A stretch of DNA of 32,551 nucleotides, taken from the IMG/VR virus record IMGVR_UViG_3300037587_000312, positions 1 through 32,551 of that record, one strand, 5' to 3'. A model generated the notes under the pieces. It had not been told where the DNA came from, did not search any database, and saw only the letters and a list, made by a program, of their open reading frames with translations. The stretch is from a virus. Lineage: Duplodnaviria; Heunggongvirae; Uroviricota; Caudoviricetes. Of this stretch, positions 20,643 through 30,672 are shown one piece after another. Position numbers and translations under genes: made by a program. Every line of letters begins with the position of its first letter. Positions within the stretch are counted from its first letter, which is position 1.

Positions 20643-22172
20643 ATGGCTAGAAATAATACATTAGCTCCCCAAAAAGGGAAGCAAGAATTAGCAATGAATA
20701 CCACGCCTGACGTAATGTTTTACGGTGGAGCTGCTGGTAGCGGTAAATCAAGACTGCTTTTAACTAAGGCAGCATATTATGCTTATAACGATCCTGATTT
20801 CTCAGGTGTTATGTTCCGAAGAAACACTGGACCTCTTAAGGCTGCTGGTGGACTATTCACAGAAGCAAAGAAATTATTTAGTATTTTTAAACCCGGTATC
20901 AGAGAAAATGCCATGGAAATTGATTTCTCCAAGAATGGTAATGGTGGTAGTTTAAAGTTTACTCACCTTGAGCATGAAAATGATGCTGAAGGTAATCACC
21001 AAGGACTTCAATATTCTTTTATTGGGTTTGATGAATTAACCCATTTCTCTAGCACACAGTTTCTATATCTATTAGGTCGAATGAGATCTGAATCTGAAAC
21101 AGATTCATTTGTTCTCGGTACAACTAACCCTGATCCTGATAGTTGGGTATTGAATTGGGTAGAATGGTATCTTGATGATAAAGGATTCCCTGATAAGAGT
21201 AAATGTGGAACAATAAGATATTTTCTTGTTGTTGATGACCAACCTGTATTCCGAGATAACGAAGAGGAACTTGCAGAAGAATATCCAGATCTTTGTTATG
21301 TTGAGAACGATGTAACAGGCGAGACAGTTTATGTACCGCCAATGACATTCTGTTTTATCGGTGGAACAATATTCGATAATCCTGCACTAATTAAATCTAA
21401 CCCTAAGTATCTCTCCAACCTCAAAGCCCAGACCAAAGTCAACAGAGAAAGACTCCTTGACGGTAACTGGTATGCTCGTCCTGAAGGTTCCAACTATGTG
21501 ACCCGTGGGATGGTTAAGAAGGCCGAGGTGATCCCTCATGACGCTAAGTGTGTCAGAGCATGGGATAAGGCTGCATCAGAGCCTAGCGACATTAACAGAT
21601 ACCCTGACTACACTGCTTGTATAGGTATGGCAAAGGATACCAAAGGTGATTACTATCTTTTCGGTAATTTCCACGATGACAATCACGATGATAAGTCTGA
21701 TGTCTATGGTAAATTCAGGAAGATTATAGGTAAGAGAGATGCTCTTATACGGAAGCAAGCTGAGTTTGATGGATCAGATATGGAGGTTATATTACCCCAA
21801 GATCCCGGCGCAGCCGGTGTTGCTGAGTTCACTGAATCAGCTAAAGCACTCTCCGCTGCCGGTATAGTTGCTAAGGCTGACCCCATGCCGAGTAATAAAT
21901 CCAAGCTTACCAAATTCTCCCCTTTTGCATCTGCCTGTGAAAATGGAATGATGTTTATAGTTGAGAGTACTTTTGAGAATAAAGCTACCCTTGATGGTTT
22001 CTGGAAAGAGGTAGAATCTTTTGATGGTGAACGTTCAACTGGAACAAAGAAAGATGATTGGCCTGATTGTGCAGCAACTGCATTTAACTATCTAGCTAAG
22101 AAAAAGGTTTTGGTTCCATTCGTACTACCGAAGATAAATTCACCAACTAAATATGCTTCAATGAAGCAATAA
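20643..22172 (+). CDS. terL: terminase large subunit
   Basis: Walker A GGAAGSGKS, Walker B FIGFDELTHF, nuclease motifs RAWDKA and KDDWPD; start at ATG 20643 with a GAGGA SD. Confidence 0.95.
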   Translation: MARNNTLAPQKGKQELAMNTTPDVMFYGGAAGSGKSRLLLTKAAYYAYNDPDFSGVMFRRNTGPLKAAGGLFTEAKKLFSIFKPGIRENAMEIDFSKNGNGGSLKFTHLEHENDAEGNHQGLQYSFIGFDELTHFSSTQFLYLLGRMRSESETDSFVLGTTNPDPDSWVLNWVEWYLDDKGFPDKSKCGTIRYFLVVDDQPVFRDNEEELAEEYPDLCYVENDVTGETVYVPPMTFCFIGGTIFDNPALIKSNPKYLSNLKAQTKVNRERLLDGNWYARPEGSNYVTRGMVKKAEVIPHDAKCVRAWDKAASEPSDINRYPDYTACIGMAKDTKGDYYLFGNFHDDNHDDKSDVYGKFRKIIGKRDALIRKQAEFDGSDMEVILPQDPGAAGVAEFTESAKALSAAGIVAKADPMPSNKSKLTKFSPFASACENGMMFIVESTFENKATLDGFWKEVESFDGERSTGTKKDDWPDCAATAFNYLAKKKVLVPFVLPKINSPTKYASMKQ

Positions 22173-22189
22173 CCTAAGGAGGAAAGTTC

Positions 22190-23743
22190 TTGGCAATTTC
22201 AACTAAGCCTCGCATCAGGGTAAAAGCTAATATAAGTAAAGCATCTTCTGAAGGTGCTTCAGGTAGCGTAAGAAAAACTGCTATGGGTTATGAAGGATTA
22301 AGACTCATAAGTAATCAAGGTCAGTGGGCGCAAGTCCGAGAATCCCAGATATTTGATTTACAATTTCCAAGATCATTAGATACCTTCTCGCTTATGGCAG
22401 AGGATGGAACAGTTAGTATTGCACTGTCTGTTAAGATTACTATGATCCTTCGTGCTATGAAAAGTATGAAGATTGAAGCTGGTGACAAAGAAGATAAAGC
22501 TAGTCTAGATGCAGCTAAGTTTCTATCTTGGAATCTAAAGAATCTAGATGAACAGACGTTCTTAAGTGTATTGGAAAACATCTGCACTTATAATACTTTT
22601 GGTTTCTCACTGCTTGAGAAGGTTTATTCAAAGGTTAAAACTGGTGAATTTGAAGGTATGTGGAAAGTGTCTAAATTGGCACCTCGTTCACAGAAATCAC
22701 TTAACACAGCCCATCCTTGGAATTTCTCCAAAGATGGACGAAAGCTTAAAAGCATAAACCAATCTCGAAATAATCTTCCAGATCAAACATCAACACCTTT
22801 CGGGAAAGATGTTGATGTTGTTATTCCTCGTAAGAAGTTAATGATCTTCAGTTATGGAAGTACTAACGGTAATCCAGAAGGTCGCTCTCCTTGTGCTGGT
22901 GTTTATGTCCCTTGGAAAGAAAAGAAGATTATTGAAGAGTATCAAGTTATTGGTACTACGAAAGATATGGGTGGTACACCTTTAGCAAGAGCGCCTATTG
23001 AGCATTTTAATAAGGCTGCAGCTGACCCAACCTCCCCTGAAGCCCAATCCCTTAAAGATATGCAACGTGACCTAGCTAATCTACACTCAGGGGAACAAGC
23101 ATTTATGTACCTTCCTTCTGATGTAGATGAGAAAGGTAATTATCTTTACGACATTAAGTTGATGGGTATTGAAGGTGGTGGTAAGCAATTTGATTTAACC
23201 TCTGCAATTAGTACAAGATCTAAGACAATCCTAGATAACTTCGGTGCAGGTTTCATGCAACTGGGTAACGATGGATCTGGATCATATGCTTTGATGGATG
23301 GTAAGACATCTGTCCACGAAGCTTTTGTAGAAAGAGATCTTGATTTTATTATCTCTATTTTCCATCAAGAATTATTCCCACAATTACTTGCTATGAATGA
23401 TATTAGATTATCACAAGAGCAGATGCCTGTAATGGAAGCTGGATTAATCTCCGAAGAATCTATTGATGAGGTTAGTAAGGCAATTCAACGTATCTTTGCC
23501 GTCAACGCTATACCACTTACACCTGAGATTGTTAATGAGAACCTAAGAAGATTAGGTTATGAATTCAGATTACCAGAAGACATGACTCAGGAAGAGTTAG
23601 AGAAATTACTTCCTCAGGAAGACTCTGGGACTAAATCTGGTGAAGGTATGAAAGAAGGTATGAGTAATGGAACTGGCGGAAAAGTCGGTACTGAGGGTGG
23701 AGACACTTCAACAGGTAATAAAGAGAACGGAGGTTCAGATTGA
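22190..23743 (+). CDS. portal protein
   Basis: 517 aa directly after terL; YGFSLLEKVY-type motif; TTG start with AGGAGG. Confidence 0.9.
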   Translation: MAISTKPRIRVKANISKASSEGASGSVRKTAMGYEGLRLISNQGQWAQVRESQIFDLQFPRSLDTFSLMAEDGTVSIALSVKITMILRAMKSMKIEAGDKEDKASLDAAKFLSWNLKNLDEQTFLSVLENICTYNTFGFSLLEKVYSKVKTGEFEGMWKVSKLAPRSQKSLNTAHPWNFSKDGRKLKSINQSRNNLPDQTSTPFGKDVDVVIPRKKLMIFSYGSTNGNPEGRSPCAGVYVPWKEKKIIEEYQVIGTTKDMGGTPLARAPIEHFNKAAADPTSPEAQSLKDMQRDLANLHSGEQAFMYLPSDVDEKGNYLYDIKLMGIEGGGKQFDLTSAISTRSKTILDNFGAGFMQLGNDGSGSYALMDGKTSVHEAFVERDLDFIISIFHQELFPQLLAMNDIRLSQEQMPVMEAGLISEESIDEVSKAIQRIFAVNAIPLTPEIVNENLRRLGYEFRLPEDMTQEELEKLLPQEDSGTKSGEGMKEGMSNGTGGKVGTEGGDTSTGNKENGGSD

Positions 23744-24153
23744 ACACCAAACCTATTATAAAAGCTGTTAATGATGAGCTGATGGAGTCCATAGAGGTTG
23801 TATATGAACCCTATGAACTCGATGCTCAAGAGCAGTGGATGAGTCCTGAAACAATCCGAAAGGCTTGTGACAACTTTAATATGAACCTTGAAAAAGGTGT
23901 CGTACAACCTAATCTATTTCATTCCAAAGATGATGAAGGCAACTATACAACGACTGAAGCCTTTACTATTGAGAAATCTTGGATCAATGAAGTAGAGAGT
24001 GTTATTGGGGAGCAAGTTGTTCCTGAAGGCACATGGATTTGCAAGCTCAAATGGAATAATGAAGAAGTATGGGAGAAACGTAAAGCGGGTATCTTAAAAG
24101 GCGTGAGCCTAGGTGCTGTTGGTACAATTAAACCACCTGTAGGTGAGGATTAA
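23740..24153 (+). CDS. prohead serine protease (XkdF-like)
   Basis: EVVYEP..LDAQ, NLFH, EKSWI, PEGTW, GVSLG; TTG start with GGAGG. Confidence 0.8.
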   Translation: MNTKPIIKAVNDELMESIEVVYEPYELDAQEQWMSPETIRKACDNFNMNLEKGVVQPNLFHSKDDEGNYTTTEAFTIEKSWINEVESVIGEQVVPEGTWICKLKWNNEEVWEKRKAGILKGVSLGAVGTIKPPVGED

Positions 24154-24155
24154 AA

Positions 24156-25304
24156 GTGGAATTAAAAGAACTGGAAAAATACGAGGAGATCGTTGATGTG
24201 TCTTTTGACCACGAAGGTGCTCACCTCGCAAGTACGCATACACTTCAAGGTGGTGCAAGTAATGGGTGGAATACAGCCCTTATTTTAAAAGCTGATGACG
24301 TTGATCAAGACCTTGTAAAAGCTCTAGAGCAAGTTGAAGTAAAACTATCGATGGAAGAGTTCCTTAGAAAATTCTTCGATATGTGGAGTGGCGATGCTGA
24401 ACTTCTTACTACTATCCTTGGGATGGAAACAGAAGCTGAATATCGTCTCCGTCTTCAAGATGAAGGTATGATCGCCCCAGACCGTATGGGTACTAATGAA
24501 TCTTGGGAAGAGTTCCAAAGACGTAATTTAGAATCTCGTGCTGATAAAGTTAAATTTGTTGAGAAAGCAAATGAAGATGGTATTGATAGTTTATCTACCG
24601 TTGAGAAAATTGCTGTTCTTGAGTTTCAAGCAGAAATTGAAAAAGGTGTTGAGTTCCTAGGTGGATTCGATGCTGTTATTGAAAAAGTTAAGTCTGAATC
24701 AGAGAAGGTTGACGCTGGTGAAGGTGGTGGTTTGTCTGAAGAAGGTAAAGTAGTTAAATCTACTGCTTCCGCAGAGGACAAACTCGAGAAAGATCCCTCT
24801 GCGGATGAAGAGATCAACAAAAATCAAAATACTATTAAAGGTAATAGCATGACTAAGAAAGTTGAACAAACTGCTGACCAAATTCTACTAGAGAAAATGG
24901 AAGGACAAATGGCGGATCTTGAGAAAGCTCTGCAAGACTCCAAAGAACTAGCTAAGGCTGGTGCCGATAAACTAGAAACCCTCGAGAAAGCTGAAGAAGC
25001 CCGTAAACTGAATGGTGCTCAGAAGCTAGTTAAATCTTTTAGCTTTATTGCTGAAGATAATCAAGAAGCTGTTGTTGAGTTCATGGTTAAGTCCGTTGAT
25101 GCTCCCATCATTGCTGAAGTACTAAAGCAAGCACAAGATGCTGTCACTGCCGCTAAAGCTGACGTAGAAAAAACTAAAGCTGAATTCGGTGAGACTGAGC
25201 ATGGTGCTGAAGGTGACACCGGAAAAGTTCTCCCAGAAGGACAGGAAGCTGTAAATAAGTCTCTTGAATCTTTCGGCGAAACTCTTAAAAACATGGCTGA
25301 CTAA
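24156..25304 (+). CDS. scaffolding protein
   Basis: Acidic, coiled-coil-rich protein between the protease and capsid genes; GTG start. Confidence 0.7.
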   Translation: MELKELEKYEEIVDVSFDHEGAHLASTHTLQGGASNGWNTALILKADDVDQDLVKALEQVEVKLSMEEFLRKFFDMWSGDAELLTTILGMETEAEYRLRLQDEGMIAPDRMGTNESWEEFQRRNLESRADKVKFVEKANEDGIDSLSTVEKIAVLEFQAEIEKGVEFLGGFDAVIEKVKSESEKVDAGEGGGLSEEGKVVKSTASAEDKLEKDPSADEEINKNQNTIKGNSMTKKVEQTADQILLEKMEGQMADLEKALQDSKELAKAGADKLETLEKAEEARKLNGAQKLVKSFSFIAEDNQEAVVEFMVKSVDAPIIAEVLKQAQDAVTAAKADVEKTKAEFGETEHGAEGDTGKVLPEGQEAVNKSLESFGETLKNMAD

Positions 25305-25339
25305 GCCTAATTCAATCTTAAATAAAAGGTAAATATAAA

Positions 25340-25735
25340 ATGGCTGAACTGACTCAAAAAGTTTCTGACGTTCTTCTAGGACAAGTTGGATCTTCAGACG
25401 CAGGTTATTCCTTCGATGAAAGCAAAGTAACAACTTTCGCTACCGGAATGGAAATTGGCGCTGCACTAAAAATTACAGGTGGTAAATACGTTTGGGCTGC
25501 TATCGCTGATGTAGCTGACGTAGTTGGTATTCTTATCGATGTTCGCACCACTGCCGGTTATGAAACACTGGTTAATGCAACTGACTACACATTCGTTGTT
25601 GCTAAGCGAGGAACAACTATTAATAAGAACTTCCTTACCCTAAGTGATGGTGGAACCGCTGGTAACCTCACTTCCGCTGCTGAAGCTTTCGAAGCTGCTG
25701 GCGCAAACAAAGTAACTGATAAGATTGCATCTTAA
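25340..25735 (+). CDS. head decoration/stabilisation protein
   Basis: 131 aa Ala/Gly/Thr-rich protein immediately before the major capsid gene. Confidence 0.7.
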   Translation: MAELTQKVSDVLLGQVGSSDAGYSFDESKVTTFATGMEIGAALKITGGKYVWAAIADVADVVGILIDVRTTAGYETLVNATDYTFVVAKRGTTINKNFLTLSDGGTAGNLTSAAEAFEAAGANKVTDKIAS

Positions 25736-25764
25736 TCTAAAATAAATACTAGGAGTATTTAAAT

Positions 25765-26772
25765 ATGCCACAAGCTCGTCAAAGTAATGGTTTTCTGCTA
25801 CTGGATTACAGCAAGCACATCGAACTAGTACCTCGTGTACACACCCTAGTTGGTGATATGAACCTATTTTCCGATGTTTTCGGAAATTCCACAGTTGCTC
25901 AAGCAGAGCGCGTTAATGAGAAAACTGGCCTGATCAGTGCTCGTAAACGTGGCGGCGAGCGTAACTTCGTTGATAGCGAAGACGTTCGTACTGAGAACTT
26001 CAACATTCCTTTCTTCCCTCTAGATCGTCACATTAAAGCTGCTGACATCCAGAACTTCCGTGAATACGGTACTGGGAATGAGTCTAAGACTCTGGAGAAG
26101 GAAGTAGCTCGTGTAATGGCGCGTATCAAGCGTTTCCATGCACAGCTGAAAGAACGTGCGATGGTTGCATCTATCATGGGAACCTCATGGGCACCCGGTG
26201 ATACTGACGCTACGTACAACTACTACACTGTATGGGGTCTAACACAGGCAACCGCACCTGTCAACTTCACCACTACTACGATTGATCCTCGTGATGTGAT
26301 TGAAGATGAGGCACGTACTCATATCATCGATGAAGCAGCAGATAATGCTGGTGAGTATCGTATCATCGCTATTTGCTCACGCAAGTATTTCTCTGCGCTG
26401 ATTGCACACCCACTGGTTGAGAACGCCTATCAGTTCTACGATAGTGCTCAAGAGCCTCTACGTCGTCGTCTTGGTGGTGATGTTATCAACCGTATGTTCG
26501 AGTCAAAGGGAGTCCTGTACATTGAGGATATTTCTGGGTACTTCGGTACTGACGATGCATACATCATGCCACTAGGTATTGAAGATATGTTCAAGAACCA
26601 CTTCGCTCCAGCTGACATCGCTCAGACTGCGAACGATACGGCTCAAGAACTGTACCTGTGGTACAAGCAGTCGGATTACTTCCGCGACCAGAAGTTGGAG
26701 TCTGAAACCTCCTTCATCTCTATCAACGCTCGTCCAGAGCTGGTAGTTAAGTCAGTCGGAACATACTCGTAA
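25765..26772 (+). CDS. major capsid protein (lambda gpE-like HK97 fold)
   Basis: 335 aa; FNIPFFPLD..IKAADIQ and ESETSFISINARPE motifs; followed by a terminator. Confidence 0.9.
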   Translation: MPQARQSNGFLLLDYSKHIELVPRVHTLVGDMNLFSDVFGNSTVAQAERVNEKTGLISARKRGGERNFVDSEDVRTENFNIPFFPLDRHIKAADIQNFREYGTGNESKTLEKEVARVMARIKRFHAQLKERAMVASIMGTSWAPGDTDATYNYYTVWGLTQATAPVNFTTTTIDPRDVIEDEARTHIIDEAADNAGEYRIIAICSRKYFSALIAHPLVENAYQFYDSAQEPLRRRLGGDVINRMFESKGVLYIEDISGYFGTDDAYIMPLGIEDMFKNHFAPADIAQTANDTAQELYLWYKQSDYFRDQKLESETSFISINARPELVVKSVGTYS

Positions 26773-26787
26773 TAGAGTAACCTCTCA

Positions 26788-26817
26788 AGAGGGGACAGTT
26801 ATGTCCCCTCTCTTTTT
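26788..26817 (+). terminator. Rho-independent terminator
   Basis: AGAGGGGACA-GTTA-TGTCCCCTCT followed by CTTTTT. Confidence 0.9.
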
Positions 26818-26885
26818 ATTATTTATTAATAAGATTCAGTTTTATTAATACGTAATACTTTAATATAGACACCGAGGAGAAATCA

Positions 26886-27404
26886 ATGTCTAAGCTAGAA
26901 GCACAAAGTTTCCCAAATAGATTTACCTTTTATAAGCACATCGCTACGATGACGGATAAGTTCGATGTAGAGAAATCTCTTGGAATGCCATACTTCTGTT
27001 ATGTAACAACAGATGGAAAACAATACACCCATAAGATTATGTCACACTTTATTAAGTCACTGAATGATGTATGTGGAACAAAGTTTGTTGTTAGCCGATC
27101 AGTTACTCGTAGAAATTCATTCATTGTCTTCTATGAGACAGAAGAGAAGATCTCTACTCCAGAAGTTGTCGTTGAGCCTGAAGTCACTGTTGAAGTGAAG
27201 ACAGAGCCAGAGAATACCTCTGAGGACGATTCTAAGGGTGCTCCTGTCGTAGATCTAGATAAAGCTATGGCTTTGTATAACCCAGACGATAAGAAGGCTT
27301 CTAAGCTTGCTCTAGAGGCTTACGGAAGGGAGTTTGGAGTTGAACTGAATCGTGCTAAAACTTTTGATAATATGATTAAAGCATTGAAAGAGAAAACCTC
27401 CTAA
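26886..27404 (+). CDS. hypothetical protein with a C-terminal HeH-like helical domain
   Basis: LEAYGREFGVELNRAKTFDNMIKAL after an acidic linker. Confidence 0.7.
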   Translation: MSKLEAQSFPNRFTFYKHIATMTDKFDVEKSLGMPYFCYVTTDGKQYTHKIMSHFIKSLNDVCGTKFVVSRSVTRRNSFIVFYETEEKISTPEVVVEPEVTVEVKTEPENTSEDDSKGAPVVDLDKAMALYNPDDKKASKLALEAYGREFGVELNRAKTFDNMIKALKEKTS

Positions 27405-27416
27405 AAGGAAAGTTAA

Positions 27417-28601
27417 ATGGCTGACAGTATACTAGATGTTCCAGTTCCCCAGAATGATTGGGTAGAGCTTTATGCAGAATCAGGGATACTGGCAGGGACT
27501 GCTTTAGTTCTTCAGAATAAGGGTAGTCCAGATATTCAGATTTGGATAGGAGCTGATAAACCTGCAGATGATTTCATTGGTGGGTTTATGATCCTGAGCT
27601 ATACATCGAAAGATAGTACAGCTCATGAGGTCACTAGTGATAACTTAGCTGTTTGGGCGAGGGCTACTGACAGTGGAAAAGTTTTTGGAAGACTTTCTGT
27701 TCAAGAGATAATCGGATCTTTCCCTAATATCAGTAAAGGTATTATACCTGTTGTTCAAATTGAGAATGACGCCTTAGATGGATTAGGTGCATCTGTTGAA
27801 GTTTCAGCACGAGGTGGTGTTAGTCTCGGAGTTACTCTTCAAGATCAGACAACTGAGATGTTGGATTTAGACTTCTTGCAAGCCGTTAAGAATGGTATGA
27901 CTCTTGCTGCTGACACTGTTGCCGACTCGCGTGATATCACATTGACCGCAGGTCATGGGATGGTGACTGGAGATTATCCCACAGGTGACGTTGGTACAAT
28001 CTTAGAGATCGGTAGCAGCATAAGTGGGAGGTTTATTCAGGCTAAAGTATTGGCTGTAAACGGTGATGTTATTACGCTGAATCAGTTGGTTGGTGATGTG
28101 TTCCCTATTGGATCGCTCATCAACACGGGGAATCGGAATCTAGCTTTAGCGGATGGCTCAACAGACCCAGTTATATTTAAGGTCGAACCGTCACCAGTAC
28201 AAGCGGGTGATATTACACGTATCATAATCGCCATCATTGGTCCGACTGCCATGGATTTCTCGACTTTTGGATCAGGCTCTCCATTACCAGTTGGATTACT
28301 GTTCAGGGTCAGACGCCCCGATGGATCGTATAAGAATATCAGGACTGTTGATAGGAACTTAGAGGGTTACATGTGGGGGTTCGACAATTCCATATTTACA
28401 CCTAAAACGGGTAACACCCAACATGGTCTTGCATTTCGTATAACATTTGCTGGTCAAGATAAGCATGGGGTCGCCAGTAGGCTAGATGGTTCCCTAGGGG
28501 TTGGCGAACAGTGGGAAGTGGTAGTTTTAGATGACCTAGTGGGCGGTCCAAACGTCGAGATTCGTGTCATAGCTGAAGGCTCAGAGTTACAATCTGACTA
28601 G
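27417..28601 (+). CDS. putative virion accessory/head-fibre-like protein
   Basis: 394 aa, beta-rich (Gly/Val/Thr), between head and neck genes. Confidence 0.6.
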   Translation: MADSILDVPVPQNDWVELYAESGILAGTALVLQNKGSPDIQIWIGADKPADDFIGGFMILSYTSKDSTAHEVTSDNLAVWARATDSGKVFGRLSVQEIIGSFPNISKGIIPVVQIENDALDGLGASVEVSARGGVSLGVTLQDQTTEMLDLDFLQAVKNGMTLAADTVADSRDITLTAGHGMVTGDYPTGDVGTILEIGSSISGRFIQAKVLAVNGDVITLNQLVGDVFPIGSLINTGNRNLALADGSTDPVIFKVEPSPVQAGDITRIIIAIIGPTAMDFSTFGSGSPLPVGLLFRVRRPDGSYKNIRTVDRNLEGYMWGFDNSIFTPKTGNTQHGLAFRITFAGQDKHGVASRLDGSLGVGEQWEVVVLDDLVGGPNVEIRVIAEGSELQSD

Positions 28602-28627
28602 CAAATAGATTTTAGAGAATATATATT

Positions 28628-29098
28628 ATGAGTTATGATCCAACACTTTTAAGCACCGTACCAATATATAGAATTCGTTTCACTCTCCAAGATACAGATC
28701 CTGATAATGAGTTTCTTGTTGATGATGAACTTACTTATCTTTTATCCAAACACGGCGATAATGAAACACTTTCCACTGTTGATGCAGCTAAAAGAATGCT
28801 TGCCCAATTTGCTCAATATACTAGAGAGCGAGAAGGTCTTATTGAAGTTTACGGAAATGAAATCTTTAATCAATGGCAAGAATATCTAAAAGATCTTATT
28901 AAGGATCTTACCAGTTCTAGCACTGTTTCTTATATGATCCTTGGTGGAGTTGTTAAGACTGAAGTTGATAGGGTCAAGTGTGATGGGGAATCAGTTGATG
29001 GCGGATATGAACAGGGTTATATTGATAACCAACGAACTTGGTTGAGTAGTAATCTCCTTGGTCGCAGGAATTTGAATAACCCCTTTAGGTTGGATTAA
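28628..29098 (+). CDS. head-to-tail adaptor (neck) protein
   Basis: RIRFTLQDTD...LVDDEL.YLL motif and gene position. Confidence 0.7.
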   Translation: MSYDPTLLSTVPIYRIRFTLQDTDPDNEFLVDDELTYLLSKHGDNETLSTVDAAKRMLAQFAQYTREREGLIEVYGNEIFNQWQEYLKDLIKDLTSSSTVSYMILGGVVKTEVDRVKCDGESVDGGYEQGYIDNQRTWLSSNLLGRRNLNNPFRLD

Positions 29099-29101
29099 AC
29101 A

Positions 29102-29566
29102 ATGGGGTTCACTTCTAAAGTTAAATCGACCAATAATCTTAATAATCTTATAAGAAAGCTTCAAGGATTAGACGGGAAAGAATCAGTCGCAGGATATGAT
29201 GATGAACCTCACCCTGTAGCAGATATGAGTTATGCTGAATTGGCTGATCTTCATGAGGTAGGCTCTGAGCATTTACCAAGGAGACAGTTCATGACCCAAG
29301 CGTATCATGATGGATTGGCTGATCACGATCTAAGTATACAGGTTGTTAGAGAGATTATTTATGGTAAATCAAATGCCAAAACTCAATTGACTAAATTATC
29401 AAAAGAGTTAGCTGAGCTTATTTCAACGAGTATTAGACGCGGCGATTTCGCGGCATTATCTCCTGTAACTATCAGACTCAAGGGTGGTAATACAAAGCCA
29501 CTGAGAGATTCAGATAGTCTAATGAATAATGTTAAAAGTAGTGTTGAAGATACCGAGGGATTCTGA
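29102..29566 (+). CDS. neck / tail completion protein (HK97 gp10-like)
   Basis: LADLHEVG...PRRQFM...ALSPVTI..KG..KPL.DS..LM. Confidence 0.7.
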   Translation: MGFTSKVKSTNNLNNLIRKLQGLDGKESVAGYDDEPHPVADMSYAELADLHEVGSEHLPRRQFMTQAYHDGLADHDLSIQVVREIIYGKSNAKTQLTKLSKELAELISTSIRRGDFAALSPVTIRLKGGNTKPLRDSDSLMNNVKSSVEDTEGF

Positions 29567-29961
29567 TGGCAGTTAGACGTTATAAAAGAACAAAAAGACA
29601 AGCAATTTACAGGCAGGATCTTCCCGGCAGAAACAATACGGTTACTCTGGATTCAAGAAACAATCCAATAGGTAGTTCGATTATTGATTTCACGTTGAAG
29701 GCTTGCACAATTCAACCAGCCTCTGGTGATGAGCTTAAAACCCTTGATGAAGGGTACAGGGACGCTGAATTATTTACAATATTCACAGAAACTATTGTTC
29801 GTACAGCATTAAGAGGTACCTCTCAAAAAGCCGATGAAGTATTTATCAGTACTCCTTATACAGCAGTTGCTGGTTGGTTTACTGTCCTTAAATCCAAACC
29901 TTGGCAGAACAGAATAGTTCCTCATTATCAAATTCTCGTTGTAAGAAAGAATCCAGATTAA
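29566..29961 (+). CDS. head closure / head-tail joining protein
   Basis: ACTIQPASG..LK.LDEG pattern and gene position. Confidence 0.65.
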   Translation: MAVRRYKRTKRQAIYRQDLPGRNNTVTLDSRNNPIGSSIIDFTLKACTIQPASGDELKTLDEGYRDAELFTIFTETIVRTALRGTSQKADEVFISTPYTAVAGWFTVLKSKPWQNRIVPHYQILVVRKNPD

Positions 29962-29973
29962 TAAGAGGTCTTA

Positions 29974-30546
29974 ATGTCCTACCAACAAACAGTACAAGAT
30001 TTCAGGAATGCAATCTTTGATCTCATCGAAGAGGTTTTGGGACATAGTAGAGTCTTTCCTGCAAGAACGAATTTCGTAAAACCTAAACTGGATTACGTTA
30101 CTTACCGAATAGCCAATATGACACCCTATGAGAGGGCTGGTTATCTCCCTGATGATGGACCTGAGATTAATATCAGTTACCTTGTTTATGAAGTTATAGT
30201 TGATATTGAGTCTCTCGATCCACAAGAAAATGCTATTTCCGGTGTAGCCCAAGCAAACTGTGCAAGAATAAGACACGGTTTTGATATGCGGGAAATACAT
30301 TACAAACATCTAGATCTTAATAATATTGGTTATTTGAGGTCTTCTACAATTTCTGATACCTCCGCAGTTCTCGATGGGGAGCAGTGGGAACAACGTGCAG
30401 CCTTCACCTCCATTTTTAGTATAATCGTGAAACAAAGCGATGTCCTAGGTACAACTGGAGCTATTGAAGAGGTACAAATCACAGAAAACATCGATGCTGA
30501 TGGAAATATTATTGTGCAAACAGATACAATAAAATTAAATCCCTAA
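29974..30546 (+). CDS. tail terminator / neck protein
   Basis: 190 aa before the sheath gene; QWEQRAAF motif. Confidence 0.65.
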   Translation: MSYQQTVQDFRNAIFDLIEEVLGHSRVFPARTNFVKPKLDYVTYRIANMTPYERAGYLPDDGPEINISYLVYEVIVDIESLDPQENAISGVAQANCARIRHGFDMREIHYKHLDLNNIGYLRSSTISDTSAVLDGEQWEQRAAFTSIFSIIVKQSDVLGTTGAIEEVQITENIDADGNIIVQTDTIKLNP

Positions 30547-30672
30547 AGATACTTATGGATTATAAGTAATCCTTCCTGAAATAAAGGTCTCACACCTAAT
30601 GTACAAACCTAAAACCCAATTCATAGGACACACTGAGTGTGACCTTTCAATTAACTATGAGGATAAAACCTA

